A stretch of DNA of 64,000 bases from Schmidtea nova. Taxonomy: Eukaryota. The stretch is from assembly GCA_044892505.1 (NCBI GenBank), contig CM097883.1, positions 396,242,001 through 396,306,000 of the forward strand, written 5' to 3'. Below, piece by piece: positions 46,218-59,870 of this stretch. Below the pieces are notes generated by a model. The model did not search any database. It was not told the DNA's origin and worked only from the letters and a program-made list of their open reading frames with translations. The stretch's first letter is position 1, and each line of letters opens with the position of its first letter. Position numbers and translations under genes: made by a program.

Positions 46218-49200
46218 TATTTTTCAATTATTCATACTTTTATTGGGTTATTAACGAATAGTCGGTTGGTATCTGACTCCGGTGTTCTTTCTTTGACAAT
46301 AATGATTTTTAATAATTAATTAATTTTTTAATAATAATTAATTTTTTAATAATAATTTTTAATATTAATTTTTAATAATAATTAATTTTCAAATTTATCC
46401 AACACAATTTCGATTACACAAAATTACAAAATGTTCTCTGCACTATTGAGTTATGGTAAGTGTCTCAATGGGAAATCTCCCTTTCTGATACGCAAGAAAA
46501 TTGGTTAAATCTGGATTCTAACCATTTAGTTCTCTCTTTTACGTTTTCTTTCTGTCGCTTTTGCTTTATCACCACAAATTACATATTTTGCTTCGACCAA
46601 CTGGCGATTCTTGAAACTCACACTGAGTTTGTATAGTAACTGCGCCACTTCAGCCTGTCGCTTTAATTTAATTTTTGATAATTGCTTTTGAGGTTCTCTA
46701 AACAAAATAATAAATTCATTAATTTTTAATTATTGAATATCTTTTTCTGGGGATCCCTTTTTAATTTTATTTAACCATATTTGAATTCGTCTCATCATTT
46801 GACATTCTCTCATATCAGTTTCCCCGTTAAATATTTAATTTTTCCAAACTTTTAATTTTTAAATATTTAATTTTTAATTTTTAAATATTTAATTTTTCCA
46901 AATTTTTAATTAACTTTTGTACTGTAATTATTATTTTTAGATTTTGTGTTTTTTCATTGATTTGCACATAAATTTGTGCGTTTTATTTTTATTTAAAGCT
47001 TGTTTAGGCAACCACAATACTTTTAAATTCTCAAAAAATGAACCAATCAAAGGGGAAAAAAAAATAAATGTATTTACTGATAAAATATTGACAAGTTTAT
47101 TAAATGCATAATTTAAATTAATGCGCTGTTAAAGCGTTGTAGAATATATATTTTTGAGACAAGTTCAACTATTTTCAATATAAGGACTACCAGACCCATG
47201 GCGAAAGAAAATTTTAAAGAGTTTTCTCAGTCAGAACAAATAATTATATTTACAACAGGTGCTTTAAATAAATAAAAATAATGCAATTTATAACAAAAAT
47301 CCTCAAGATTTACTCATCCAAAAATATTTATTATTATATGAGGATATACAATTAGGATATATGTAACTTGATCTTCCATTTTGCTGGAGCTTAAAAGAAT
47401 TTTCAATTAATGCCAAATAAATAATAAAAATAATTCTTGCAGTAAAACATTATAATTTAATAAATTTTTGAAATCAGTTTAAATGTTATTAATTGTATTT
47501 ATTTATAAATGATTATATTATTATTATATTATATTATTATAAATTATTATTATAAATTATTATTATTATAAATTATTCATTTTGGTTAATAATTGTACAA
47601 ATATTAAAAATTTTAAAAATGAATATCTTAAACAAATTGTTTTCAGACTTTTACTATGTACAAAATTTAGTAGTAATACTATTTAATCATTATTGAGGAA
47701 GATTCTAAAATTATGCAATCTAAAATTCAGTCATCATATTTCAAGATCACATCTTTCCTAATCTGAAACGACTTTAAAAATATCCCAGAGGACCTTTAGT
47801 GAGCCAAACAAAATTTTAGTTACATTATACTTTCACTTATTAAGCTTTTTTTCGGTGTCACTTAAACTCTTAAGTGGCGCAATTCGCATATTGACCGCAT
47901 TTATATTCGTTATAGGTGTTCAATTGGTTCCTGAACTCCTATCATCTGAAAAGGGCGCAACAAACAATTTAACAGTGATATGATACTGTTGAGGTCTGTA
48001 AATTAAAATTATTTTAAATAAAATTTTAAATAAATATAAAATGGAAATTGAATGAAACAGATGGATAAAAATTGTGATGAAGCACAAAACTGATGACAAA
48101 GAAAATTAAGATGGAAACCGAGTTAGTAAAGGTTACAATTTGATTTGAAATGTCAAATGTGCAAATTTGAGAAAGAATGAATAGATGGTTAATTTAGCGA
48201 AATTGAATATGGAAAACAGGACAGGTATAGATTAACGAATAGCAAGGAACATGGTGAATAGAAATCGGCCAAAAACATGTTTAGAAAGGGTCGAAAAGCA
48301 TGGGAATACGTAAACACAGAAAATTGTTAATTAATTAATTAATTGGCTAATGGAAAACCCAAGCTAATGGAGAACCCGAGCAATGAAGGAAACTTGAGCT
48401 CAGCAAACAAAGAAAGTAAATAAAGTGCATTTCGGGTGACTATTATCTCGACAGTATAAGTAATGGGAACAAACAAAATTGGTTTTTACAAAACGGTAAC
48501 AGAAAGCGTAATCAATCACTATTGGCTCTCAGACTATATTCAAGAAAATTGATTGTAAACGCATTGTCAGACAGAGGAGATTAGACCAAAACCTAATCAA
48601 TCAAAATGAGTATACTAGTATTTAAGGAAACTCAGAATTGAAAACAATCGGCATTTTGCCTCAGTAGGGAGAAGAAACAGAGATTAGATTGAAGGAAAAG
48701 AATTAGAAAAAGGTTTAAGCAAATGGGTAAATTAAATAAAACAGTTAAAAAATAGTAGCGAAATTGTAGTTAAAAAAAGGAAAAATCAAATTATTTATGA
48801 AGAGGAGTTCAATCAAGAGGAAACCAGTGTACAGAGTGATTAGTATTGTTAAAGCGCATGAGTTCAAGATATCCCACAGCGGAACTCGATCAAGCAGTTG
48901 AGAAATGATATAATTGTTGTGTAATTATCGAAGTGTAAAAGATTGTATTAATTTGAAACAAATATACGTTGAGAGTGTTATTTGTTGTTGATTTATATGG
49001 CACGAGGAGGCAGACACCAACGAGTAGTATTGAGTTAATTAAAACCCAACAATACCAATTATATCTTATTATGGACAAATAGGACAGATTTTAAGGGCAG
49101 GTGGAAGGAATTTAGTAAATTTTTAAATGTTTAATTTTTTATAACGATATTTTGATTTTATAATTATATATTTTAAAATAAAATATTAGATTATTAAAAA

Positions 49201-49889
49201 TAAATTTTATGATTTTAAGATTTTCATTTACGATTTTAGGTTTAAATTTATTTCTTAAGTGATAATCAACATTTTTCTATATTTTCTTCAAATACATGAA
49301 AGCGTAAATTCCCTTTAAAGAATTGAAAATTACATTTTTTATAAGACAGAAGTTCCGAAAGGAAGACAACTCTTGTTCTAAAATGAATTATCAGCAAATG
49401 TTGTTAGAGTTTTCCGAGAAAATTGAATTGCATTTAAGTTTATTATTGCAAACTCTCCTGAACTGAACACAAAAAGGTTTTTTTCTATGATAAAATCAAT
49501 ATATATCCTAAAAATATTGTTTCTTCTTTTAGAAAATTACATTCATATCTAGTTGATTTTAACTGCTCGTCTTTTTTTATTTCAAATACCTTATACTCCC
49601 AAACTGAGTGATATCGCCCAATAGTGGGCGATGCTTTTGCCATGTTGTTTTTACATATTTCAACCTGTTTGCCTTAAAATTTTATTATTTTTCCGTATCG
49701 TTCTAAATTCTAGAATAAACACACACACCAACAAGTCCTATAAATGACCTACATTTATATATACCTCTGCCCTCAATTTGTCAATCTTTATAGTATAACA
49801 ATATATGACGCACACACATGACCTTACATGTTTCCGAATCTGGACCATTCGAATCTTTAGCAATTAGAAATGGGTGATAATCGTAAAAG

Positions 49890-50170
49890 GCTTGCGAAAC
49901 GCTGCCTTATAACTTGTTTAATATGCTTTTCTTTCTTTTGAGAAAAAATTGTATATTAACATATGTAAATATACTACAGCTTCCTTCCAATTGAGTGAAT
50001 CTAATAAGTTGTTCGTCACCTTCTGAAAATTATCAGAAGCTGCCGCAATCCCGAAAGGTATCATCTTAAAAATAATCTTGTTCATTTAATTTCAAATGCT
50101 GTTTTTAGTTAAAGCTTTTCCATAAACTCGTCTTGATAATACACATTACCTAAATCTAACTGGAACCATT
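49890..50170 (-). pseudogene. Decayed Gypsy reverse transcriptase fragment
   Basis: LDLGNVYYQ..KTAF..PFGIAAASDNFQK..WKEAVVYL matches the LDL..YWQ/KTAF/MPFGL..A..FQ/VYLDD pattern. Confidence 0.7.
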
Positions 50171-52339
50171 CAATATATCCATCATTTCATTCGTGCTAAG
50201 AATAGAAAATAATGGTCTCTGAGCTACAAGATTAAGAGCTGTGAGTTTAGGTTGAATTAGGTTAGAGAAAAGTTGCCATTGACTTTTTCCATGCTTTATA
50301 TAAGGTTGCTTTCTATATATATGTGTGTGCCACAAAATTACAAATCAATTTTTAGTGCTTTTCTCTCAACCGATTCACTTCAAATTTTGCACACTTGCTC
50401 ACTTCCGGTGACAATACATGGAAATGAAAAAAAATTTGAAAACAAATTTTTTTTTAAAAATTTTTTTTGAGGACACACGAAAAATGTAATATAATTTTCC
50501 CTTCTACAAAATATAACAAAAAAAAATTTCTCAGCCAAGTGGAGTTCTGCTCGCATAAAGCATGGATTTGAAAAAAGAATTTTTTTTTGATTTACTAGTT
50601 AAAATAACAATGGAACGCCGAAATGGTTTTGGCTTGTTTTCGGCTAATTTCCAATATTTGTTTATTGTAAATTTATTATTAAAGCTTGATTTTAACTGTT
50701 ATAATAGTTTTTATATACATTGTGCATATAAACGTGAATAAAAGTTGATGGTGATTTGAATAATCTTGTAATGTACTTAAATTGAAAATAAAAATTGATT
50801 TTTAATTATTCTTGTGAGGAATAAATTTAAAACACAATTAAAATTTTATTGCATGAAATTCAAGAACTGATTAAAGAATTATAAAAGATGTTTTAAAAAA
50901 ACATTTAAAGCTGTGAAGAAGTCAATAAACTGAATGGCAAATTAANNNNNNNNNNNNNNNNNNNNNNNNNNNNNNNNNNNNNNNNNNNNNNNNNNNNNNN
51001 NNNNNNNNNNNNNNNNNNNNNNNNNNNNNNNNNNNNNNNNNNNNNNNNNNNNNNNNNNNNNNNNNNNNNNNNNNNNNNNNNNNNNNNNNNNNNNNNNNNN
51101 NNNNNNNNNNNNNNNNNNNNNNNNNNNNNNNNNNNNNNNNNNNNNNNNNNNNNNNNNNNNNNNNNNNNNNNNNNNNNNNNNNNNNNNNNNNNNNNNNNNN
51201 NNNNNNNNNNNNNNNNNNNNNNNNNNNNNNNNNNNNNNNNNNNNNNNNNNNNNNNNNNNNNNNNNNNNNNNNNNNNNNNNNNNNNNNNNNNNNNNNNNNN
51301 NNNNNNNNNNNNNNNNNNNNNNNNNNNNNNNNNNNNNNNNNNNNNNNNNNNNNNNNNNNNNNNNNNNNNNNNNNNNNNNNNNNNGCTGGAAAATCATTTT
51401 ATAAAAGATTTTGGAAATCTTTTCAATGAAATTTAAAAATTTAAAAATTCTAAGCAGTATGAAATTTTAGTCTGTGGAATTTGTAGGAAATTGCTATTTG
51501 AATTATTTTAAAAATAAATCAAGAAAATTTAATAATAACAATAAGAAGAGTATATTATATTTTTTATAAGTTTTCATTGAATAAAATTTTGGCTTTTATA
51601 TTCATATTTAGTTGATAAGGAGTCAGAAGAATGAAATACGATTGCGATTAATTATTCTAATTCCATATTAAAAATTAATATATATTCTTATAAAAATGAA
51701 TATATAATATGTTAACAAATTTAAATTAAAAAATGTAAAATCAGTCATTTTCACTTATTCGTAATTCTAATATTATTGACAGTCATTAATTTTACATATT
51801 TTCTCTTTGAAAAATTTTGCTTTGCTAACCTTATTTATGTAATAATATTCTTAGCAACCGTTTGGAAGTCGCACCATCTGCTTTAAAATTATCTTTAGCC
51901 TTTTTGAGGACTAACATGGACTTACTACAGAGCGAAATACAAGCACAGGCCGAATATAAATATATGAATTTTGATTTGTACAAATAAAATTTAGGAGGAA
52001 ATAATTTAGCTTTAATTTTTACATTCATAAATTTCCCTAGCCATATATAAGTAAATCGTAACTGAAATTATTGAATATATGCTTCCCCATCAGATAAAGC
52101 CTCCCGGGCGTGAAGTATTAATTAAATTTTGACTTCTTACTAAATAGAACAATGAACTAATAATAAAAATTTGACATTGACTTTTGATCTCTGACACTCG
52201 TATCACCTTGACCTTTAATTGCTACGAGGAAAGACGAGAAGTCATTTAAACACATGCTTAGTAACTTACACTCGTGATGACTTATTTACACACCGATCGT
52301 AATCAACACGCTTACTACCCCATCGTCATTGTGTCAAGG

Positions 52340-52490
52340 AAATACACACTTGATAAAGGCTATGTCGAAATATCGTATACCTAACAACTAAAACAAAATT
52401 ATTCTAGTCTTTCAAAATTGATATGAAAATTATTGAATTAATGAAAAGTGGTGAAAGATGAAACCAAAAGATAATTATTATTGAAATTAA
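52340..52490. repeat. Diverged solo right arm of the palindromic repeat (copy F)
   Basis: AAATACACACTTGATAAAGGCTATGTCGAAATAT, then a decayed outer arm AAAGATGAAACCAAAAGATAATTAT. Confidence 0.7.
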
Positions 52491-53389
52491 TTGTTATTTT
52501 TTTAATAATTTCAAATTAAGAGAATCTTATCAAAAATATATAAATTAAGATTTATTCGTGAGCCCAAAAATAGTATCAACACAATCTAAAAATTAAAAAA
52601 ATCTAATTTAAATATTATAAAAATCAAAGAAAAATAAAAAATTAATTAGCCTATAATATCGCTAATTAAAACAGTTTTTTGACAACTATTTTGGCGAAAG
52701 CTGATTTTTTTGTGAAAAAAATTAAATTTATCTAAATATTTTAACTAAATTTTCTGATTGAAATAAAATATTTTTTTTTTATTTTCTAGTATAAATTTAT
52801 CACTTCTAGTTGGTTGAATTTTGAATGAGCGCAATTTTACGATGTCAATGTTGATTAAATATTAATTGAAAACAAAACAATCTACTCACTTATCAGACAA
52901 ATAGTTGAAAAATATTTTCATGGTAATGCTTCCGAATAATTTAATTATTCCGGTAGTTACCTTTAATTAATATCTAATTTTCCTTTTATCACCAATTTAT
53001 AAAAGAACAAATATCTTTNNNNNNNNNNNNNNNNNNNNNNNNNNNNNNNNNNNNNNNNNNNNNNNNNNNNNNNNNNNNNNNNNNNNNNNNNNNNNNNNNN
53101 NNNNNNNNNNNNNNNNNNNNNNNNNNNNNNNNNNNNNNNNNNNNNNNNNNNNNNNNNNNNNNNNNNNNNNNNNNNNNNNNNNNNNNNNNNNNNNNNNNNN
53201 NNNNNNNNNNNNNNNNNNNNNNNNNNNNNNNNNNNNNNNNNNNNNNNNNNNNNNNNNNNNNNNNNNNNNNNNNNNNNNNNNNNNNNNNNNNNNNNNNNNN
53301 NNNNNNNNNNNNNNNNNNNNNNNNNNNNNNNAAAAATTAGAGAAAAAGATTCCTGATTTTCCTTTGCTTGCATTCCATTACTCGACATT

Positions 53390-54530
53390 TGCCAGATCTG
53401 AAAAAGATGATGATCTTCATCATATCCTGAAATATGGCTTAAGTTCTATTAAATCTTGAAGGAATTCTTACATTCCGAAATCTAACGAAAAATTGTTAAC
53501 TTTGTTTGCAAAAATCGCAGATATATATTTTTGTCAGTTTGTTAATTTGTAAGGGTATCTTTCCTTATAACTTTGGTACATCTTTAGAATTTCTTAACAA
53601 CACTTTCGAGTTACCTTCAATCTGGTAAGGCATTAATCAAAATTAATACGATAAGGCACTAGTGATTTGGAGGGAGATTGAATTCTAGTCTCTTTGTGAC
53701 TATATGATGGTCTATCTGACATTAAATATTTTTCTTTTGGCCGACCTATTCGAGCTGTTTTGAGCCAAATATATTGCTCGCAATCGATTGGAGTCTGTGA
53801 ATATTTTGGGGATTCCAGATATGTCGTGGGATGAAAATATTGAGTTGCTTCAGGATATGGAGATGTATTATTTTTTTGAAGGGAGAATCCGTGCTAGTTT
53901 AACATTTGTCATCAAGCATCATGTAGTATCCTACGAAACGACTAAGCTTTAAGCCAAAAATTACTATATAGAGAGTTTTCTTTGATTACCGATGGGGAAG
54001 AACTAAATTATTTAATTAATTTGACGGAAACAGATATCAAACATCTTTTGAAATAACCTTTGAAATAGATTTAGAGATTTCCATGTTAATTCATGTTAAA
54101 TAAAATAATTTTCCTGTTGCATCTGAAAAAATGTGTGCTCTGGGTTCTAAAGTTGAGCTTAAGTATTTACCCAAAAAGAATGAGGCTTCTCAAGCTTCTT
54201 GTTTCCTTGGGTGTTAAAATAAAAAATGTTCATCGTACCATTAAATATAATCAAAACAAAATACTCAAGGCATACATCGATACCACCACACAACTTAGGA
54301 CGGATAAGAATTATTATAAGCTTTTAATTAATAACCTGTCTTGCTTAATAAGGATTCTGTGTGCTTTGATTGACTCATCTACATTGGTTAAACCGTAATG
54401 AATCTATCTAAACTTAGGATGTACCAGCTCCAGTATGAAGAGTTACAAAAATATCGTAACGAATTCAACTGTAAGTTTACCGTAGTTGCTTGTGATGCAG
54501 ACTCTTTCTTCTTAGAGGTTTTAATTTTAA
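53390..54530 (+). pseudogene. Second fossil Polinton pPolB fragment
   Basis: DLHHILKYGLS, YMMVYL..FLLAD, DMEMYYFFEG.IR, VHRTIKYNQ, YYKLL, LSKLRMYQLQYEELQKY..DADSFFLEV; disrupted by stops and deletions. Confidence 0.92.
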
Positions 54531-57500
54531 TTATAATAACAATCATAGCTGACATTCAGATCTGCCAACAATCCACTTTACTTTTTTAGATGAGAAATTA
54601 TTATTATCAAAAAATTATTAAGTTTGAAATTTTTTCGATGGTGAAAGATACGTTGTTTGATTTATTAATTTTAATTATTTTTTTATTTGTTTATTGAAAT
54701 ATTTATTTCAAAATATATCTAATTTATATATGGGTTTTTAAATATTAATTTTAATAAATCTTGTTAAAAATTATTTTTGTATTTTTATATTTTTATTTAA
54801 TCTAAAAATTTACATTATTTCAAAATTTATATTATTACAAACCAAATTTATTATATAGTTTAGTATTTAGTGATTTTGCATTATCTAGCCCTTTGAAGAC
54901 GAACACTGCCATGTAAGCGGAATTAAACTTTTCAATATTATGTTGAAAGGCGCTCATACAACAACATAATCGTTTCTTTTATTTTTATTATTATTATTAT
55001 TCATATTTTTTTTCATTTTAAGATATAAATTTAATAAAAGTATTCAACATAAACATTTGCTAGTATTTACATAAATAATTTTGAAATTTCTTTACAAGAT
55101 TCTATGTCACAAAGGATATGAAATGAAATTTTTAAAAATGAATTATTTATTACTTAAATTTAATTAATTAATATTTTTATTTCAGGTCTATTAATCAAGT
55201 GACTTTTGAAATTTTATTACTGAATATGATGGCAAAATTAAATTTAGCCATAAATATTTTACCGAGTTTCTTAGAACTTCTTTTATTTCTTTTTTATCAA
55301 TCCTGAGTACAGAATAACACTTAAATATTATGAATAAATAAAATCCCGAAGAGTTCTCTACTTGAAAATTGCTAAATGTAAATTTTATATTAATTAGATT
55401 TTTCTATATCACTATTATTTATACAATAATTNNNNNNNNNNNNNNNNNNNNNNNNNNNNNNNNNNNNNNNNNNNNNNNNNNNNNNNNNNNNNNNNNNNNN
55501 NNNNNNNNNNNNNNNNNNNNNNNNNNNNNNNNNNNNNNNNNNNNNNNNNNNNNNNNNNNNNNNNNNNNNNNNNNNNNNNNNNNNNNNNNNNNNNNNNNNN
55601 NNNNNNNNNNNNNNNNNNNNNNNNNNNNNNNNNNNNNNNNNNNNNNNNNNNNNNNNNNNNNNNNNNNNNNNNNNNNNNNNNNNNNNNNNNNNNNNNNNNN
55701 NNNNNNNNNNNNNNNNNNNNNNNNNNNNNNNNNNNNNNNNNNNNNNNNNNNNNNNNNNNNNNNNNNNNNNNNNNNNNNNNNNNTAATGTTTCAATTATCC
55801 AAAAATAATTTCATATTTTAATATACACATGATTTGCGTTTTAAAATGTGTTTAGGGAATAATTTGGGGGTAAACAATTTATCTTGTATCATTTACTAAA
55901 ATATTTATAGTCTAACCAATTATGCTCTTAAAAATTGTTATTACTGGTATAGACAAATATAGTCTAATTTATTCCTTTTTAAGTACTAGAAATGAATAAA
56001 GTGAGAAATATAGATAGAAAACTTAAATAAAACATTTAAATTAATTGTATTATAATTCTTGGAAATATTAATATTTTTCAATCAATTTTTCTAAAATAAT
56101 AATAATAATAATAATTTAAAACTGGTTAAAATAATATAATAACATTTTTTACCATGTACAGCCTTTTTGTGTTTTATGATTTTCTTCTACCATATTTGTC
56201 TAAAATTTAATAATAATTTTATTTATTAAAATGGTGATTTCTTGATAGTAGCATTAATTAAATATTAAATAATTATTAAATTACAAAATAAGCCTTTGTT
56301 GTAAATTTTTTTTTCAGCAAAGGCTTATTTTGTTATTTATTAATTATTTAATGTTTAATTCATTGTTAGCACACCGAATCGCACAGTTAACACACAGGTG
56401 ACGCTGTATCTTATATTATAATTCAATTTTATATTATAAGGTTTTTAATGCTCGGTATGTTGCAATTGTCATTGCTTATGTGAATGTGAACCTTTTTGAT
56501 GGTGAAGATATTCATAAAATGGAGAATCGCACAATTCATTAAAAGATAAAATTTGAACTATTGTTATAGTATAAACTTTACATTATTGTATGTAAAATAT
56601 TTTTTTAGTTTAGATTACTTATAAAAAGTCACAAGTAGTATAAATTTAATATTGTAAAATGTGCGATAAGCACCTTGTTTTTATTTAAAAGTTGCTAATT
56701 GCAAATAAAAAGCCTAATAATAGTGTTTATTAATATTTATTTATCAAATTTGTTAATTAACGCCTTGGTAAATCTGGTAATGAATGCTGAAGATGGAAAT
56801 AAAAGTAACTGAAATTACTTTTTCTAAATCATTAATTATTGTGTTTCCCACTGTAAATATTTCGGTAATTCTGATCAGAAATATGAAAATTAATTTTTAA
56901 ACGAAGTAATTATATTTTTCTGGAATTTATATTTTCTTGGAAAGTTTGATAAGTGCTAGATTGATGCTACTTTAATTCTTCAAAAATGAAACGATTGACA
57001 CAAAAAAATCTCCCAATTCGCAGTTTAGCAGTGCTCTTCTGGTACTTTGACTGTTCTTTATAAATTCCGCTCCATAATTTCAACATTTTGACATCATTTT
57101 GATTTTCCGAAGGGCAATTAAAATCATCCTCATAAATAATGCATATAACTCAGGATATTTTCATTTTTTGAGAATAGATCTATATTTTTGTTGAGTTTTC
57201 CGGTGAATTAAGCTTTTAAAGAAAACATTTTAAGCATTATTATTTTTATAAAGGTTTTTTTTCAAATTGAAGTAGTTTTTTAACACAATTTTCATTTACA
57301 CACTTTACTCTCATAATTTTCGATTTGATATCGCTCAATTATGTTACTGTCAAGGATACTAATATTTGCTTATGTATACAGTAAGCAGCCTAAACATTTA
57401 CCACAAATATTGGCCTGGTCTTCATTCTTATATCATCATATCTGATAATTGAATTTGTTTCCTTTCTCAAACAAATATTGAAATTAATTGTTGTTAACCT

Positions 57501-57609
57501 CTTTTAATAAACTTGTACATTCCATATTTTAGGTATTATATACATTATTAATTCAAGGGTACTTATATTGTATAACGCTCATAAACCCTATAATATAAAA
57601 TTAAATTAT

Positions 57610-57885
57610 AATATAGAAATTGCAAACACTCCGCTGTGTGTTAGCGATGTACTAACAACGAATACAATCTCTACAATGCATATCAATGAATAATCAAAAA
57701 TGCAACAAATTTCGGAAGATGTATGCAAACTGTCCATCGTATTCATTGTCAGAAATAAAAGTATGTATTTACTTATTTTTGTGTGTTTATTTTTATTTTC
57801 TATCTTGCTTGTCAACAAGATTGTAAGTCATTCATTGTTAGCACACCGCTAACACGCAGGGGAGTCTTCGCAATTTTGATATTTT
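57610..57885. mobile_element. MITE with ~45-bp imperfect TIRs
   Basis: AATTGCAAACACTCCGCTGTGTGTTAGCG.. is inverted relative to ..CGCTAACACGCAGGGGAGTCTTCGCAATT; a related half copy lies near 56360. Confidence 0.7.
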
Positions 57886-59126
57886 AATTTAATTTTATGT
57901 TACAGAATTTTTAATTAGCGTTATACGGTGAATCATTATTATTGTANNNNNNNNNNNNNNNNNNNNNNNNNNNNNNNNNNNNNNNNNNNNNNNNNNNNNN
58001 NNNNNNNNNNNNNNNNNNNNNNNNNNNNNNNNNNNNNNNNNNNNNNNNNNNNNNNNNNNNNNNNNNNNNNNNNNNNNNNNNNNNNNNNNNNNNNNNNNNN
58101 NNNNTTCCTGGTTTTAATTGTGTTATGGAAAAGTTGTATTAATTTTCATTATTATTGTCTTTATTGTTATTATTACCATTATCAATGTGGGTGACCCCCT
58201 CTTTATTATTATTATTATAAAAAACAAACGTAAATGTTAAAAATGGACAATACGTGATAACGCAGAAGGCAGGCAAGTGCAAACAAATCATCGGTGATTC
58301 TAATTTGAATTGCATCTTATTTTATAAAGATAGATAATTGAAAAAAAATTTGTGATTTTATAAAAATATTTTTATGTTAAATAATTTTATTTTAAAAATA
58401 CTAGGAAAAGCTTTAGTATTTTAATTTAAAATATTTTAAAATTTTAATTCGAAAAAAATAATTAGTAATAATAAAATTAATTTTTAAGTTTTATTTTAAC
58501 AAATTATATTTATGACTTACAAAGGTTAACAAAATAAAATAATATTTTCAATTCCAAGATTAAAAAATAATTTAGTTTTTAATGGACTTAAGTAGAAAAA
58601 TAACGAAAAAAATGAAAATAAAAATGCGATCCAGAAATCTTCAGTCAGCATTTAACAGCTAAATTAATTTTTTGATAAAATTATAACTCTAAAATTTCCT
58701 GAATTATCATTCACACTAAATGTCTTAATACTAGAATTAATTTTATTAAATTATTGGAAATAAAATAAACGTGTAAAATAATTATTTTAAAAATTAATTT
58801 AAAATTACTAAATCTACAAATCTGTTTTTTTCGGGGAGAAAATCTGAAAACAAAATATAAAATAAATAAAATAATTAATTTTAAGATGAGAGAGAATTAT
58901 CCATTTCTGAAACCGAAGCTGTAAAATTATTTTGTGGTCATAAGAGAATTTCAGTTACAGTATTGTGACAGTTTCATCTATTTATTAAGACTATTGTGGT
59001 GGGATGTTTGGTGGACTTGTCGAAATGTATATGGATTTGAAAATCTAACTATCTAATTCAGAAAAAATCTTAGTATATCCATGAAAATAAACTATTAAAT
59101 AAAAATGAGAATTTATTCAAATAAAT

Positions 59127-59870
59127 AAAAGAACACCATTTTTTAAAAATATATTAATGCAATATATTTCAACAGCTTAGCTGTCACCATCAGGCTTTCC
59201 ACGATCTCAATAAAATAAAAATTGATCTTAATTATACGCTTAATAGTGATTACATAATTACATGTGCATAATCCAATAAAACTTTTATTAACCCTTGTAA
59301 AATGCATGTAAATATTTCATTTTGTATGTTTATTTTAGTATTAAATGATTTTATCATCAAAGCCTCACAATTCACACGTTCATAATAATTTTTAAATCCC
59401 TTAGAAAGTATTTTGAAATTGGAAATATCAATGCTCTTCTTGCAAGTCTTATTATGCTCAATAATGTTATTATTTCCGCTCTTTCTGGCATGCTCTTGAA
59501 CTCGGGTCTAGGGGTTTAAAAATTATTACGTGTGAATTGTGAGGTTTTGATGATAAAATCATTTAATCCTAAAATAAACATACAACATGCAATTTCTACA
59601 TGCATTTTGAGAGTTTTTAATTAATTTTACTACTGTCTTTCCCAGAATACAATGAGCGCATTATATTTGAATACTACACACATGTATTTGGGGAAAGGCG
59701 GTTGGGTAAATAAAAGTTTTATTGGATAGTGCACATGTGATTATGTAATCACTATTAAGCTTATAATTAAGATCAATTTTTATTTTATTGAGATTGTGTA
59801 AAGCCTGATGATGATAGCTGAGCTGTTGAAATATATTGCAATAATATAGTTAATAAATGGTGTTCTTTTA
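59127..59870. mobile_element. Foldback element with nested inverted arms
   Basis: Outer arms ~59127-59294 / 59704-59870 and inner arms ~59296-59405 / 59509-59612 are mutually reverse-complementary. Confidence 0.8.
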
